A stretch of DNA of 64,000 nucleotides from Lama glama. Lineage: Eukaryota. Of the stretch, positions 1-13,030 are shown piece after piece. The translations under genes were made by a program, and so were the position numbers. Numbering within the stretch: position 1 is the stretch's first letter; every line of letters starts with the position of its first letter. The notes beneath the pieces are model-generated. The model saw only the letters and a list, made by a program, of their open reading frames with translations. It searched no databases and was not told the DNA's origin. The stretch spans positions 60,202,001 to 60,266,000 of the forward strand of contig CM052828.1 of NCBI GenBank assembly GCA_028534125.1. The letters run 5' to 3'.

Positions 1-111
1 GGTGTAGGAGGCGGGCTGGGAAAGGTCTGGATCACAGAGGACAGGCAGGTGTGGACCTGGACCCGGAGAGTGTGCGCCTTTGTCTGGCTGTGGCAGCAGC
101 CCTGGGAGGCT

Positions 112-218
112 GTTAGAAACACAGTGCCAGGCTCTGTCCCAGGCCTCCAGCATCAGAAGCTGGATTTGCACAAGCTGCCTGGAAAGTTTGTGTGCGCACT
201 GAAGCTCAGGAGTGTCTG
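112..218. mobile_element. MER5-like hAT-Charlie MITE fragment
   Basis: Degenerate match to the recalled MER5A/B terminal half (catcagaagctggatttgcacaagctgcctgg...tgcgcactgaagctcaggagtgtctg). Confidence 0.4.
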
Positions 219-1566
219 CCGCCATTGTATGCGGTGCTCCTTCTCGCTCCCAGCTGGGCCTGTAGGAGCGCTTTGCAGGGTTCTGATGCAGACTCTTTCT
301 CCAAGGTTACTGGGGGTGCGTCTGTGGTCTCCCCGCCCGGCTAATGTTTTGCCTAAGGCACCACAGGTGCTTCCTCACCTGCGGGTTCATTAGAAGCAGC
401 ACCTTTCTATAAGCAGACCAAGGGCTTAGTTCGCATGGAAAACAGTGTGAAAACCAGACAAAACGAAATGCCCTCTTCTTCCTTCTTCTTAGCACGGGTG
501 CTCTCCTGAGGGCATCCCCATCGGTGTGTCTGTTGGGGAGGTCTCAGCCCGGCCCACGAAGCCAGTGGGCCGGGGTCTGTGACTGCAGTCCTTGCAGACT
601 GGCCGGCGCGGGGCTGACATGCACCCGGCCACCTTGCTTAGGCAGAATTAAAGGCAGAAGCGATTCAGTTAGGGCTCAGCTGAGCTGTGCTGTGTGGCAC
701 TGAGACCAGGTCCTGCCTCTGACTCATAGGCAGTGGTGACAAATGCTCACACCGGAGCGGGGACGAGCCCGAGTGGTCTCCCCTGCCCCTGCCTGCCGCC
801 CGTTGCCTGTGACTTCAGAACAGAAGGGAGGAGCGCAGGCTCATCACAACATGCAGACATGACTATAGTGACGCTTCGTTTTTATCGTATTCCCCCTTAC
901 CACTCTGTTGGCAGGATGTGCCCACGGAGCCTTCCAACTGCCCCCTTCCGCCTGCCGCCCCGACCCCTTCCTTGCACCAGGCCTGCAGCCTGTATTTCCC
1001 AGCCCCCTCCCCGTGGACCAAGTTCTACACTTGTTTCGGTGCCCCCAGCGCCTGGCCCTGCGCCTCCACACCCCGGACCCTCAGCAGATGCTCCTGAGCG
1101 AATGTGGGATGAGTGACCATGTGGGCCTAAGCCTCAGGGGCGCTGGTCTCTGTGTCGCTAGAGGTGGTGCGTTTTCTGTTGCTTCGACGTCACTTGCCCA
1201 TCACCCTGGGCCCTCTTCTCTCCATTCCCCGTCTCCTTTTTCAGAAAAACACTCATGACTCCTGAGTGATCTTAATGAGTTGCTTGGCGCTGGCCGGGAC
1301 TCCAGATCATATAGGAGCTGGCCAGCGGTCCAGGGTGTGGCCCCTCTGTCTGCCCAGGTACCGGGGAGCAGCAAGCCTCTCCCAGCCTTGGAATGAGGCC
1401 TCGAGTAGTAAGACATTATTGACTTTTGCTGAGAACTCACATCAGACGTATTGATCTGAAAACTAAATGTTGACCAGTGACAGGCTGTGGTCAATATTTC
1501 ACCTTGAAGGACAGCACGCTTGGATGGTTTGCAGAAATATGTATTCTTCCATACATTTTGAAGGTA

Positions 1567-1961
1567 TTTTTTTTATTGAAGTGTAGTTGATTTACAATGT
1601 TGTGTTAGTTTCTGGTGTACAGCACAGTGATTCAGTTATACATATGTATATGTATTCTTTTTCATATTATTTTTCATTCTAGGCTATTACAAGATATTGA
1701 ATATAGTTCCCTGTGCTATACAGTAAGACCTTGTTGGTTATCTATTTTATATTCGGTGTGTATCTGCTAATCCCCAACTCCCAATTTATCCCTCCCCTTC
1801 CCTTTCCCCTTTGGAAGCCGTTTGTTTTTTATGTCTGTGAGTCTATTTCTATTTTGTAAATAAGGTCATTTGTATCACTTTTTTTAGATTCCACATGTGA
1901 CTATCATATGGTATTTTGTCTTTGTCTCTCTGACTTATTTCATTTAGTACGATCATCTCTA
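1567..1961 (-). mobile_element. L1 3' end (cetartiodactyl-type 3' UTR), antisense, runs into an N gap
   Basis: A T-run followed by attgaagtgtagttgatttacaatgttgtgttagtttctggtgtacagcacagtgattcag...tatagttccctgtgctatacagt, which is the reverse complement of an L1 3' terminus with poly(A). Confidence 0.9.
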
Positions 1962-2116
1962 NNNNNNNNNNNNNNNNNNNNNNNNNNNNNNNNNNNNNNN
2001 NNNNNNNNNNNNNNNNNNNNNNNNNNNNNNNNNNNNNNNNNNNNNNNNNNNNNNNNNNNNNNNNNNNNNNNNNNNNNNNNNNNNNNNNNNNNNNNNNNNN
2101 NNNNNNNNNNNNNNNN
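1962..2116. other. N gap (155 bp)
   Basis: Run of N. Confidence 1.
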
Positions 2117-3888
2117 TGTTGTGAACACCTGAATGTGTTTATTAGTGATCCCTAAGAAATAGTTTGTGTGCTTGGGATCCCACAGTGAGAGTTGTCACTT
2201 TTGCGCTTAAATCCTCTGGGAAGGGAAGTTGGAAGACTCTTACAGTGGCGACCCACTGGGGCCAGGGGACACACTGTCCAGCTTTGTTGTATTGGTCATC
2301 TTGGGGAGAGGCTTGGTGCTCTCTGTTTGAAGGACACAGAGCCAGGTTCTAAGGGAGCCAGGATGGGGCCAGCTGACCCAGAGCCTCTAGGATGAATATT
2401 CAAATGGGTCATTTCAAATTCAAGTTGACACTACATTCAAACTATGTACATATAAATATCATTCAGGTGAAGGTTCAGTAGTGTGTGACCCTGCCCCTGC
2501 ACACAGGAAGCCAGATGGGCCAGGTGGCCCCAGAGGACAAAGCTGGGCCTGAGGAGGACCCTTGGTGGGCTCTGCAGAGTCTCCCTGGGGCAGCCTGTGC
2601 CTCTTGCAGTTTCTCAGATGCCCGGGGAGCTGGGCCTGTGGTGATGTGTTGCAGACTCAGCTGAGATTCTGTCCTGGCAGTGACATGAGCGGGTGGGGTA
2701 GAGCTGGCCTTTCTGTTTCTCAAGGGGGCCCAGAAACCCCCAGCCCTGGCCCACGGGAAGGGCTGGCACACATCTCTACTCACCCCCTGTCCTGAATTCA
2801 TCTGTCTGCTTTGCCCTTTTCAACTCCAGCTTCCCTAGCAGAACCAGAGTTCAGATCAGCCAATGCTCTGCTTCAGCAGAGGTGCCACCTCCGGGGAGCG
2901 TTTCGATCCCTACGAGGGAGGAACTGGACCTTCCTCGGTGCCTGAGACAGCCCCACCCACTGGACACAGCCGGGTCCCCGTCACACACACAGCCTTCTCG
3001 TTCCTTCCTGAAGTTGGAAACCCTGCTTCTGAGTATCTGAGCCTCAGACCAGCTGCTTTTTCCAAAGCATTTTCACATAGTTCTAGTGCATGCTAAAATC
3101 TCCAGAGACGCTCGTGTTCTTAAAAGGAGGGAAGGTCATCCTTTGTGTTATTTGGAGCTTTACCAAGAGCTGGTCACAGTTTCAGAAGGCCACCTCTGAG
3201 TCACCACGGGCCCCCCGTCCCTGTGGCCATCATGTTCTCAGCAACTCGAATGTCACTGCAAACACGGGGTGACTTCATTGTGCCTTTGGGCAGGTCATGC
3301 CTGGGAACTTGCATGGTGTGAGTTGTGTTATTTCCATCTTGATTGTCTTCCTTTTCATTCTTTTAGGGCATTATGTTGATTTTTGAAACTATGACTAATC
3401 AGGGTAGATTTTACTATTTAGAGTTTCTTTTTAAGGTAGCACAGGAGATTGTGAAACTTTCCATAAACCTGGCCTGGGATCTGATGGGGTTGAGACCCGC
3501 TGTGTTGGCCCACCCTCTCAGGTGCTTCTCAACGTCCTGCCCTCGACCTGCGTCCTCTTGGAACTTAGACTCTGTCGAGGGCGTGAGTCGGGCTGGACAC
3601 TCCTCCTGGGGTTTGACTCATTTCAGGTCCTTCTCCTAACTCTGCTCTGCCCTTAGCTAAGCCGCTTTCTCTTTGTCACATTTCCACCTTCTCTCTCACT
3701 CAAATACAGGATGAGAGAGGATCTCCTGTTGCGCTGTGCATCATGACGCCATGTGAGAGCTGCACCCCCTCCTTTAGGTCTCCGTGTGGTCAGGTACCTT
3801 ATTACTTAATACGCACAGGTGTTTTCCACTTGTGTTGTCTGTAGTTTCAGGCTTTTTTTCCTGTGTTCTCATTGACCTCATCATTCAG

Positions 3889-3911
3889 ATTATGTCCATT
3901 CTAAGAAACAT
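3889..3911 (+). other. Candidate 23-nt micro-exon
   Basis: Pyrimidine-rich stretch and ttgac upstream, then tcattcag|attatgtccattctaagaaacat|gtaagt. Confidence 0.25.
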
Positions 3912-4085
3912 GTAAGTGTTTAGTTTATGACCTAAATCAGAATTTTAAATCGTACTTCATAATATAGTGGCAAAAATGTAAGCTGGCTGATTCATTATAA
4001 AATTGCCTTTGATTTTACTCTTGTATGTAGCAGTGGATATTTATAACTTAAAAGGCTTCTTTTGATTCTTTTTTTTCTCTCAAAG

Positions 4086-4162
4086 CATATAAGGTCTTAC
4101 AACGTATCTCCTGTAATTATCCAGACAGCAGGCTGTTTTGGTTCTGTGAGTTCCAGTTGTCG
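4086..4162 (+). other. Candidate 77-nt internal exon of an unidentified gene
   Basis: Strong acceptor (ttgattcttttttttctctcaaag|) and donor (tcg|gtaagt) in unique AT-rich sequence. Two frames are open: HIRSYNVSPVIIQTAGCFGSVSSSC and YKVLQRISCNYPDSRLFWFCEFQLS. Neither peptide was recognised. Confidence 0.45.
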
Positions 4163-4519
4163 GTAAGTAGTACCCTCTTCAACCTCCAGTGCCTGCGTTC
4201 CTGTGTGTGGTGACGGGGAGAAAACCGCAGTGTAAATAAGACAGCAAACAGAGTGGGGAAAGCACAACGGAGGCATTTTTGCCAAGAGGGGGTCTCCTCG
4301 ACGTGGCCCTGCCTGTTTGCTAATTCAGTTCCTGCCACTCCGTCCTCCGTCATCAGTCATCAGGAGCCAGCCCCTCCCTCTCACTCCTTCCACTTTTCCC
4401 GGGCTGGGGTCCTCTCAGCTGAGGGCAGATGGCCTCCTGCGGTGTGGGAAGCCACAGGGGACTGTGGCCGCCTGTCCTGGGCTGTGTGCGGCCGGGGAGC
4501 AGGATGGAGGCCGAGGATT

Positions 4520-5150
4520 CTCCACAGGTCCCCAGCCACTCTGTGCGGTGACTGAGAGTGGCAGTGGAGTCTCAGAAGGGGGCTCAGGGGCCCAGGAGAG
4601 AGGCCTGGCACTGGCGAGTCCGGAGGTGCACCGTGTGTGCGGCACCTGGACCCTTGAACTGCTTTTTAAGGAAAAGCAAGAGTTTTCAGGCGGGGGCGGG
4701 GGAGGGGAGTGGGGAGGCGTGCAGGTGGCAGGAACAGCATGTGTGAAGGCTCAGAGTCCCAAGGGGGCCGGCACCTTGGTGACCGCAGGAGCATGGTGGT
4801 GTGGGGTGGGGAGTGGTGCTGGAGGTGCTGGGGCTGGGACCAGGCTGGAAGGAGTCTGCTGTGTCAGGAGGAGAGTTCAGATGGCCTGGGGGACCTTGCG
4901 CAGGACCACGTCCTGACGGGTCTGTGTTCTGTAGATGGTGGTGCTGACCACCGTGCGCAGGGAGAGCCTGCTGAGGTGCCGGAGGCTGCACGGACAGCCG
5001 AAACCAGGCTGTGGAGGGGGCTGGGTTGGAGATACTTGTCACACGGCTCCACAGGTAGAACGGGTGCGGGCGGAGCAGGGGGGAAGGGACACGGAGAAGG
5101 GGAACATGAACGTTTTCAGATTTCTGGGTTGCCCAACTGAGGAGGGAGCT
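4520..5150 (-). mobile_element. L2 LINE fragment
   Basis: Purine-rich L2 antisense motifs (cttgaactgctttttaagga...caggtggcaggaacagcatgtgtgaaggctcagag). Confidence 0.6.
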
Positions 5151-5439
5151 CGATACAACAGGTTTCACTTCGTCTTTTCACTGTTTCCAGTTCTGGTTGA
5201 TCCTGTGGTTTCTAAAAAGTCAGTAGCAAGTGGATCATGGATGCACGGTGGTCCCATTGCTGAGGTCAGAGGAGGGACGTGTTTTCTGTGTGGGCTCTGC
5301 TGGTGTGGGGCCAGAACTCTGCAGAGGGGACATCCAGGGACAGATGTCGGCAAATCCATTCTTTGCAAGTCACACATCCCACAGGCCTTAAATAGACTAG
5401 ATTGTAACAGTGTACTGTGACTGACGCGGAGGCGGGTGG

Positions 5440-5615
5440 TAGATGTGTTAGGGATGGTGGGCATCCTGGGACCTCTCTGCCCATTTCACAGATGAGAATA
5501 TGGGGCCCCAAGAGGTTCCAGGAGGGTCATGCAGCTGGTTAAGGATTAGGAACGAGATTGGAGCCCATGTGGCCAGGCTCTAAGTTTACTCTGTTTTCAG
5601 TCATCCGTGCTGCTG
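5440..5615 (-). mobile_element. MIR SINE
   Basis: MIR core cccatttcacagatgagaa...ggtcatgcagctggttaag. Confidence 0.65.
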
Positions 5616-6099
5616 CGTCTTGGTTCCTCAGGACTGCAGGGTGTAACGGCCATATAGATGCTTAGGGCGAGGCCTTGACCATGAACGTGGTGGCTGTGTC
5701 AGAGGGAGGAGACAGACATTCAAGAATTGTGAGGCAAAAGGGCGTGAAGTATGCCACCTGCACTCAGTGGCCCAGGGGAAATATGTGTTTACTGCATATC
5801 TGTGTACAGACATGTGCAGATACACGTGTATATGTGCACAGATCTCCATCAGGGAGTCATCTACCTACCTGTCTACCAACCTGTCTACCTACGTGTCAAG
5901 AGAGAGGAGGCTCGGAGCGTGTAAACGTGAAACCTGGTGGTCTGGGCTGGAGCCCGCACTCTCCACCTCCTGTTACATCGTTCCTTCATGTGGGAATGTG
6001 CTACTGCTCATGGCCCGGAGGCAGCCCGTGGTGGTCACCTGCCCAGTCCTCATGGTGGGTCGATGATGGTGGCCCAGTGGTCACTTGCCTGCCATAGTG

Positions 6100-6310
6100 T
6101 TAGCACATTTCAGGTTGCTCTGACAGACGTGACCTCGTCTGTTCTCACCGAAAGCTCTCAAGCAGGTGGGACAAGATTACTACCTCTGTTTCCTATGTGA
6201 GGAAACTGGAGACGCCGGTTGAGACTGTGCCGAGACTCACAGAGCTAGTGGGAGACAGACTAGCCTTAAAGAAGGGCCCTGGTGGTTTGTCCTCTGTCAC
6301 CCTCATGCTC
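6100..6310 (-). mobile_element. MIR SINE
   Basis: MIR core tgtttcctatgtgaggaaactggag...ctcacagagctagtg. Confidence 0.65.
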
Positions 6311-8168
6311 TCCACAGGCGCCTGGTCTGCGTTCTTCCAGAGGGAGCCGGTCATGGGGTCTGTTTGGCTGCCCCTGTTTGAAAGTGCCCTGGGTGGGAGC
6401 CTCAGCGGCGGTGCCCGCAGGGAGCAGTTTCAGCCCTGGGGGGTGTCGTGCCAGGAGGGAAGATGCTGCGTCTTCCGTGGGGGCGACGGCCCTGCGGAGT
6501 CGGGCTCAGCTCGCCCCGCGTTTTCACTCGGCTCCCTCAGCAGCTTCTTCTGGAGGCCAGGCTTCCTGTGCTTCCTTCTTTCTCTTGAAAGTGACGCACC
6601 TTAGATGCCCTTGTCAGCTGTGTTTGCTTCTCTAACTATTGAGGAATCTATTCTGTCTGAAATTCAAGAATTAGTTGTTCAAAAGCACTAGAAAAATCTG
6701 GAGGAAAGGGGAGTGGAGGGTGTTTTTCTGCTTGGGTTTTGTTTGTTTGTGCACCTTGGAAAAACCTGGACGAGCAGGTGGTTAGACTTGTCCCTGGTCA
6801 TTCTTCTTCCTGGGGGACCTCATTCAAGTTCCGAGCTTTTTTCCTGCGGTTACTTGATACCAGCGTTTTCTAAACTGGGTTCTGAGAAACACTCCTCTGC
6901 AGTTAGTGTCAGATGAAAAGTTCCGAGGACAAGGAAGTCATTAACTGGTCTGCCTTCCTCGGGAAGAGTCACAGGCTCTCTGGCTCATCCAGGCCCAGGG
7001 AGGGCCTGCTGGACCTTGTTGAGCCTGGTGATTTCCAGGTCCATGGACCATAGACCCCTCTTCAGGTAACATCACTGACATCGCATGCACTCCTTTACGC
7101 ACTCTTAGGGTAACGTTTGCAGAAATACCTAGTTTGGTCGTTAGGAAAAGGAAGCCACGAGCTCCGCGTCGACTTGGGACATTCCTTCTGAGCTTCTCTC
7201 CGCGGAAAGATTCCGAGAGCACGTTTGGAGTTTGCTGATGTACATTTGAAGAAATAAAGAATGCTTTCAAAGTGTTGGTTTTTTTGGAAAGCCTGAGCTA
7301 CATGTCCCCTTCAGGCTGGCCCCCGACACACCTGGAGGGTGAGGGGTCCCTGTCCCCCTGGCTGGCCGTGCCCTCTTTCCCATCCCCACGGGCCTGTCCC
7401 CCAGCACACTTGTTTGCCTGCACGCGCTCTGCTCTCTGCCTGGTTTGTCACCTGGCTGTCTGTCTCCGTCCCCTGCTGTTGGCTTCTTCAAACCCACACC
7501 ATCTTTCTGTGTTTGATCTCTCGCACGTGCATTCATTCCTCTGTCCGCCCGCCCACCGTGTGTATGAAGCTGTGAGCAGTCTTCAAGGACAGTAGCGCTG
7601 CACTCAAGGACTGCGGAGTTGAGCTGAGAAACAGGCCGTGGAAGGACTTACTCAGACCCCACGGCTCACCGTCAAGGCCAGCTCCCGCCCAGTCTCCTCT
7701 AGGAACGAGACTCCTTCCCCTGTTTATGCTCCCCTGGTCTCCCTCCTGCTGGAATTATTTATGTCAGTACCGTCAGCTCTTGCTTGTTCCTTTACTATTT
7801 TAATGGAACTCACTTAACTTTCCTCACCTCCGTGGTGGATTGAGAACCAAGATCATACCTTAGTCCCCCCAAGTGCTGGGCAGGTCTCATGGATAATTGT
7901 TCATTTTCCCTGTAACTCACTGTGCGTTGAGCACTGCTTGGAGTTGCGGGCACAGGAAGGACTGAGAATGAGGTCCTTCATCAGGCTCTCATCACACACT
8001 GTGCGAGGTGCTCATCATGGGCTGAAAACACCTCAGTTCCCTCTAGAGCAGTGGATTCGCAGTGTTGTGGCCAAACCCAGCACAGAGTGGATTTTAAGTC
8101 GGTGCTCGGCGTGCATTCGTGCAGCCACAGACGACAGAAACAAAAGCTTCACAAAGCTTCGCAGATGT

Positions 8169-8400
8169 TGGGCGTTGGGATTAGCGGACAGAGATGGCTG
8201 TATACAAAACAGATAAACAACGAGGCCTACTATAGAGCACAGGGAGCTACATTCAGTATCCTGCAATAACCTATGATGACAGAGAATATACATGTACATG
8301 TACAACAGAGTCACTTTGCTGTACCCTAGAAACGAATACAACATTGTAAACTGACTATACGTCAATAAAAAACCGAAAAATAGAAAAAACAAACTATAAA
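8169..8400 (+). mobile_element. 5'-truncated L1 3' end with A-rich tail
   Basis: ttgggattagc...acagataaacaacgaggcctactatagagcacagggagctacattcagtatcctgcaataacc...acattgtaaactgactatacgtcaataaaaaa. Degenerate flanking duplication aaagcttcgcagatgt (8153-8168) / aaccctttgcagatgt (8401-8416). Confidence 0.85.
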
Positions 8401-8404
8401 AACC

Positions 8405-8680
8405 CTTTGCAGATGTAATCAGATTAAGGGTTGCACTGGAGTGGAGTGGGTCTGACCGATGTCCTCACAGGCAGAGGGAGATGTGGATACAGACGCATGG
8501 GGGAAGGTCTATCATGGCCCTCGTCTCAGAGGCCAGTGTAAGGATGAAGTGGGTCAGTACACATGGAGGACACAGAAGAATGCTAGGCTGGGGCAGGTGC
8601 GGGTGGGGTCCCTCCTCATGACCCTGGGCTGGGCACAGACTGGACACTGCATTCCCAGCTGTGACTAACACACATCCGGA
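8405..8680 (+). mobile_element. MLT1-like MaLR LTR fragment
   Basis: tttgcagatgtaatcagattaagg...cactggagtggagtgggt...tgtcctcac matches the MLT1 5' half; highly diverged. Confidence 0.5.
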
Positions 8681-8789
8681 CGTCTCCGTGCTCCGCGCTC
8701 TGCACCTCCCACTGGGTGCTTGCTCTGGGCACACTCAGATTCTTCGAGTTGTCAGTGGACTCACATCTCTCTCTCCTCCAGGCTTCGGC

Positions 8790-9146
8790 AAACCTCTGCC
8801 CTGCCTGGACCTCTCTTACTCCCTCTTCCTCTGACCAGCCCTTACTGATGCTTCAGCTTTGAGTTCAGCTGTCACCTCCCCTGGGAACCTTCCCTGACAC
8901 TCTTGCCCCCACATCTTGGCACGGTTCCCCACACCCACTGTAATCTCCCTTTGCTGCAGACATGTCCCCCACCAGGGCCCCCATCTACTGTAGGTCACTG
9001 ATTGCTCAGTGAAACACCTGTCCTACTTGGCAGCGAGCTCAGTGGGGACAGGTTCTGTGGCTGTTCTGTGCCTCCCTGGGTCTCCAGCACTGGTGATCTG
9101 TCTGGCACACAGTAGATCGGCTGTCCCCCAGTCTTCTTAATGAGTG
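8790..9146 (+). mobile_element. L2 3' end
   Basis: cagctgtcacctcccctgggaaccttccctgac...ctccagcact...tctggcacacagtag...taatgagtg. Confidence 0.7.
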
Positions 9147-10814
9147 TTAGTGGTGGCGTCTCACTTGCTCTGAAGAAGTGCATCGTCCATGAACAGCAGA
9201 TTTGGCAGAAAAGCTGGGTAGGGGCCCGTGATCATACAGAGACTAGTGCTCATTTCACCTCAAATGTCAAGTTGGTCTTTAAATAGCAGTCTCAGGAGCA
9301 CAAGCCGTTTTATTACCCGTTAAGTCACTTAGCGTCCACCTTGCAGGTTTCAAAGTTACTTTCCCCAGAGGGGTTGCTGGTGTACAGTATTCTTGCAAAA
9401 AGGGTGGCGGGAGGAGAAGGGAGAAATTGTTGAAAAGAGAGTATTCTGCAAGCAGTCTCTTACTGTGTTCGCTTTATCATTTAGGGGAAGTGCAGACATC
9501 GAATTTGAGACAGGAAGTGAAAAGGAAAACCTCAAGACACTGCTGTAAACTCAGGGCTGAGTGTGGTGCCGTCCGGCAAGTCTCCTGTTTTGCTGTCTTT
9601 GTTGCTTCTCCCTGTAGCCCTGCCTCCATAGGTCCAGTGCTCTGTCCCCGTTGTGAGCAGGACCCTGTATGAGGCCAGACGCTGGTCAGAAAGAAGCTGG
9701 GCCCTGCGCCTCGGCCACAGCCCTGTCTGGCTGAGGGGGTGGGGCCGCACACAGAGCAGCCCGCAGCCCTGCAGGCTGTGCGGAGGCAGCCCTCCCGGCC
9801 GGCGCTGCCTGGACCTGGGGACCTTGCCTGGGTGACCCTGAAGTGCCGCAGCAGCACGGGCTTCAGGGGTCTTCAGACACCCCGAAAGCCGCATGCCGAG
9901 TGCCCGGTATGTGTCTTTGCAGACTTCTTGTTTCCTGGGGCAAGGATCCAGGATTTATGAGACTCTCAAGAAGGTTAGTTCTCCCCACCAGAAATGAGAA
10001 GAACATGGTGCCAGAGCGTTAGACTCCCCCAGGAGGACAGGTGAAGTTGAAGTGAAAAGCTGCAGGTCAGCCTGGGGACCCCTGATCAAGTTGCTGCCCC
10101 ATGAGGGGGTCATAGGCAGCCCTGATGGGTGGGCCTGGGCTAACCCCGCGTTGGGGGGGGTTGCTTCCTCCGGCAGACACCCTCTCAGCTCCCGATCTTA
10201 AGTTGAGCCTCAGCAAGTTTGAAATGTGCACGTGTCGCAGACTTTGGACCACCGTGGACCAACTGGACTAGGGTCCCCGACACAGAGGAGGCCCGTCCGT
10301 GTGTGTCCCAGGACGTCCAGGGGTCGTGCGGCGCTCAGGTTGGTTGGGGCTGCAGAGAAGGCTTCCTCTGGGTCCCTGTCTCAGGGCCCCTTACTCTTCT
10401 AGGGTGTGGATCATTGGGGATTGTGTGAGATTTGGAAAGAAATTTCCTTTTTTGGGAGTCCATCACCAAGGTGAATCCTTGAGGTCAGCCAGAACCTGTG
10501 CAGGTTTCTTCAGTTGTGCCCTCCCCACCCATGGGGCCTTAGGGTAGCTCAGGGCGTCAGGCTGTCCCGTCTGTGCCCATTGCTGTCCTAGCCTTGCACG
10601 CGGGTAACCAGGGATCTGACTTCCTAACGTCTGGAGTTGTTCATGCCCTTTGTTCCAGCCCGGTATCTGCTGACGCCCGTTAGTGGGTCCCAGTGTCTCC
10701 CACGGCCAGGCTGGGCACGTTCACAGGTGCTGGGTCACTGAGGTCCTACTTGGCTCTAAAAATTTGCGTTGGTTTTGGGGGCACCTTCTTGGACCACTCA
10801 AGCCTGGGACTCCT

Positions 10815-11150
10815 CCAGGGTGCCGTGGTCACCCTGTTGTAACAGAATACCCAGACTGGGGCTCACAGACCACAGAGACTGACTTCTCAGAGCCCGGAGC
10901 CTGGAAGTCCAAGGTCGGGGCTCCAGCTGGTGCGCTGCCTGGTGGGGTTCCTCCTCCTCGTTGTGGGTGGCGGCGATCGCACCGGGTCCTCCCTTGGCGG
11001 AGAGAGAGATGGTCTCTCTCCAGGTTTCTGCTTATAAGGACACTGATTCCATCATGAGGGCTCCACCCACGTGACCTAATGACTACCCTCACGTTGGCCG
11101 TTAGACTTCACCACGTGAAATTTGGGGAACACAAACGCGTATTCCACACA
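10815..11150 (-). mobile_element. MLT1A/B-like MaLR solo LTR
   Basis: tgttgtaacagaatacccagactggg...ctggaagtccaaggtc...cttataaggacactgattccatcatgagggctccaccc...aatttggggaacacaaac. Confidence 0.85.
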
Positions 11151-12584
11151 CGGGGTGGAATTAGAAATACTTAATAGCTGCCGTGCTGTGGAGGCAGTGA
11201 GACAGAGTGAGCTTCGGCCGTGCCATGAGGGCACATCTGGAGCTCCTGCTGGCCAGAGGCCACCTTCTGTGGGCGTTGTGGGCACCCAGGGGGTGAGGCT
11301 GAAGCTGTGTGCTAGGCAGCGTGGGAGCATTTCAGTTCTGCATCTGGTGCAGCTGGATCACAGCTTAGGGAGCTGAGAGGTTTGAGTCTGTCTTGCTGAC
11401 CTCCCCCTGCCCCTGGCTTCTCTGAGGTTCTGCAATTCTGTGATCATCTTATTTGAGTCTGGGACTGAGTGCAGGTATGTTCCTAGAATACCTTACTTCC
11501 AGTTTGCAGAAAGACAGTGTCTAAACTGCCATCTGTTCCCTTTTACTTCCCTCTTCTCTGCAAACTTCCAAACCTCATGTCACTTTCCTGATAAATATCA
11601 CACTTTTCATCCCTCTAAATCCTGAAATTTAACAGCTCTCCTTAAAAACTCAAAGAGATGGTGGCTGTCAAGCCATTGGGTTCCCACCAGGCAAGCAACC
11701 AGATACGGGAGCCTGGAAAAGTCACAGTGTGCTTTGTCCCCGGGAGGGAGCAGGCATTCTCTAAAAGTGGGGCCCCAAAGGTAGTCGGCGGGAGGAGGCA
11801 GCCTCTGCGGGCTGGTCCTGCCCAGGAGGTGCGGTCACCTGTCCAAATGTGTGCCCATTTTGTGTCTTTGCTCGGCCGTTTCCCTGTGTGGGATGTTTTC
11901 AGCCTTCCTGCAAGTGTCCACGTACGCTTACTGTTTAAGGCTAAGTTTGAACGTCTCCGCTTGCTCACCTCCACCTGCTCTGAATTCTCTGCCAGCCCCT
12001 CTCCTGGATGCATCACTTCCCACCTGCGATTCCAGTTACTCCTCCGCACCTTCTGTCCCCCACTGTGTTGTGAGTTCTCTGAGCCTAAGGCTGTTGCACA
12101 GATCCTAATGTTCCCTGAGAGCCTCTGAGGCTGTGTCATAAGGCAGGAAACCAAGGGAAGGACAAGCCGATGTGAGTTCCTGACGTTTGTAGGCGGTGCG
12201 GGATTGACTGACACTTCGTGTGTGTGTGTGTGTTCACTTGATTCTCACAGCCACCTGTGAGCCGGGTTGATGGTGGGCTTTTTGTACTGGATAATCTGAG
12301 CAGGTTGTAGGAATTCGTTTCAGGATGAAATGGAAGCAGCCACTCTCAATGGCTGAATGAATCCTTGATAAATCTGAAGATGCACGTCAGCTGTGATCCT
12401 GGGATTAATTTGACAGATTATGAAGTAAAATCATCTTTCAGCATTTTTCCTGTGAATCGCTCTGGGTCAACTGGGCTTGTCTACAGCCGTGCGTCAGGGA
12501 CTCAGCTGCAGGGATAGAGCATTGCCTCAGCTCCCCGAGAAGCTCTCGGCTTACTGTGGGGACAAGGGAGTGGAGGTTGGAGTT

Positions 12585-13030
12585 ACCGAGTGTTTTGTTG
12601 TCTTGCTGTGTAACCCACGCCAACAGCAGCATCCCCTGTGGTCCTGCAGGTGGACTGGGCTCAGCTGGGTGGTCCTTCTGAGCGTCTCACTCAGAGTCAC
12701 TGGTTAGATGACAGTTGGGGCTGCAGCAGTTGTCTGACAGTGGAGGCTGGAGCGACAGGCCTCCTCTTTTGTGTCCCTCCCGCCCCTGCCATGGTTTCTC
12801 TTGTCTTTCCAGTAGGAGATCCCACTGTTCACACAGGGGTTCGGAGCTTCCCCAACCATGTTCCAGGAAGAGGGCACAGAGGATGCAGTCCTCTTAGCAG
12901 CTGGGCCCATGGCTGGCTAGTGTCATTTCAGCACCTTCTGCAAGTTTATGGGACTCGGGTCTGGCCAGAGTCCACATGGGGGACATGCCAGGGGGTGTGG
13001 CTTTGGGCCACATTTGGAGAAGACCTACCA
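12585..13030 (-). mobile_element. Old MLT1 (H/I/J-like) LTR
   Basis: ttgctgtgtaac...ctgggctcagctgggtggtccttc...gtgtcatttcagcaccttctg. Confidence 0.55.

Noticed and set aside
5859-5897. 12-bp tandem repeat x3 (tctacctacctg)
   Set aside because: It is an ordinary decayed simple repeat.
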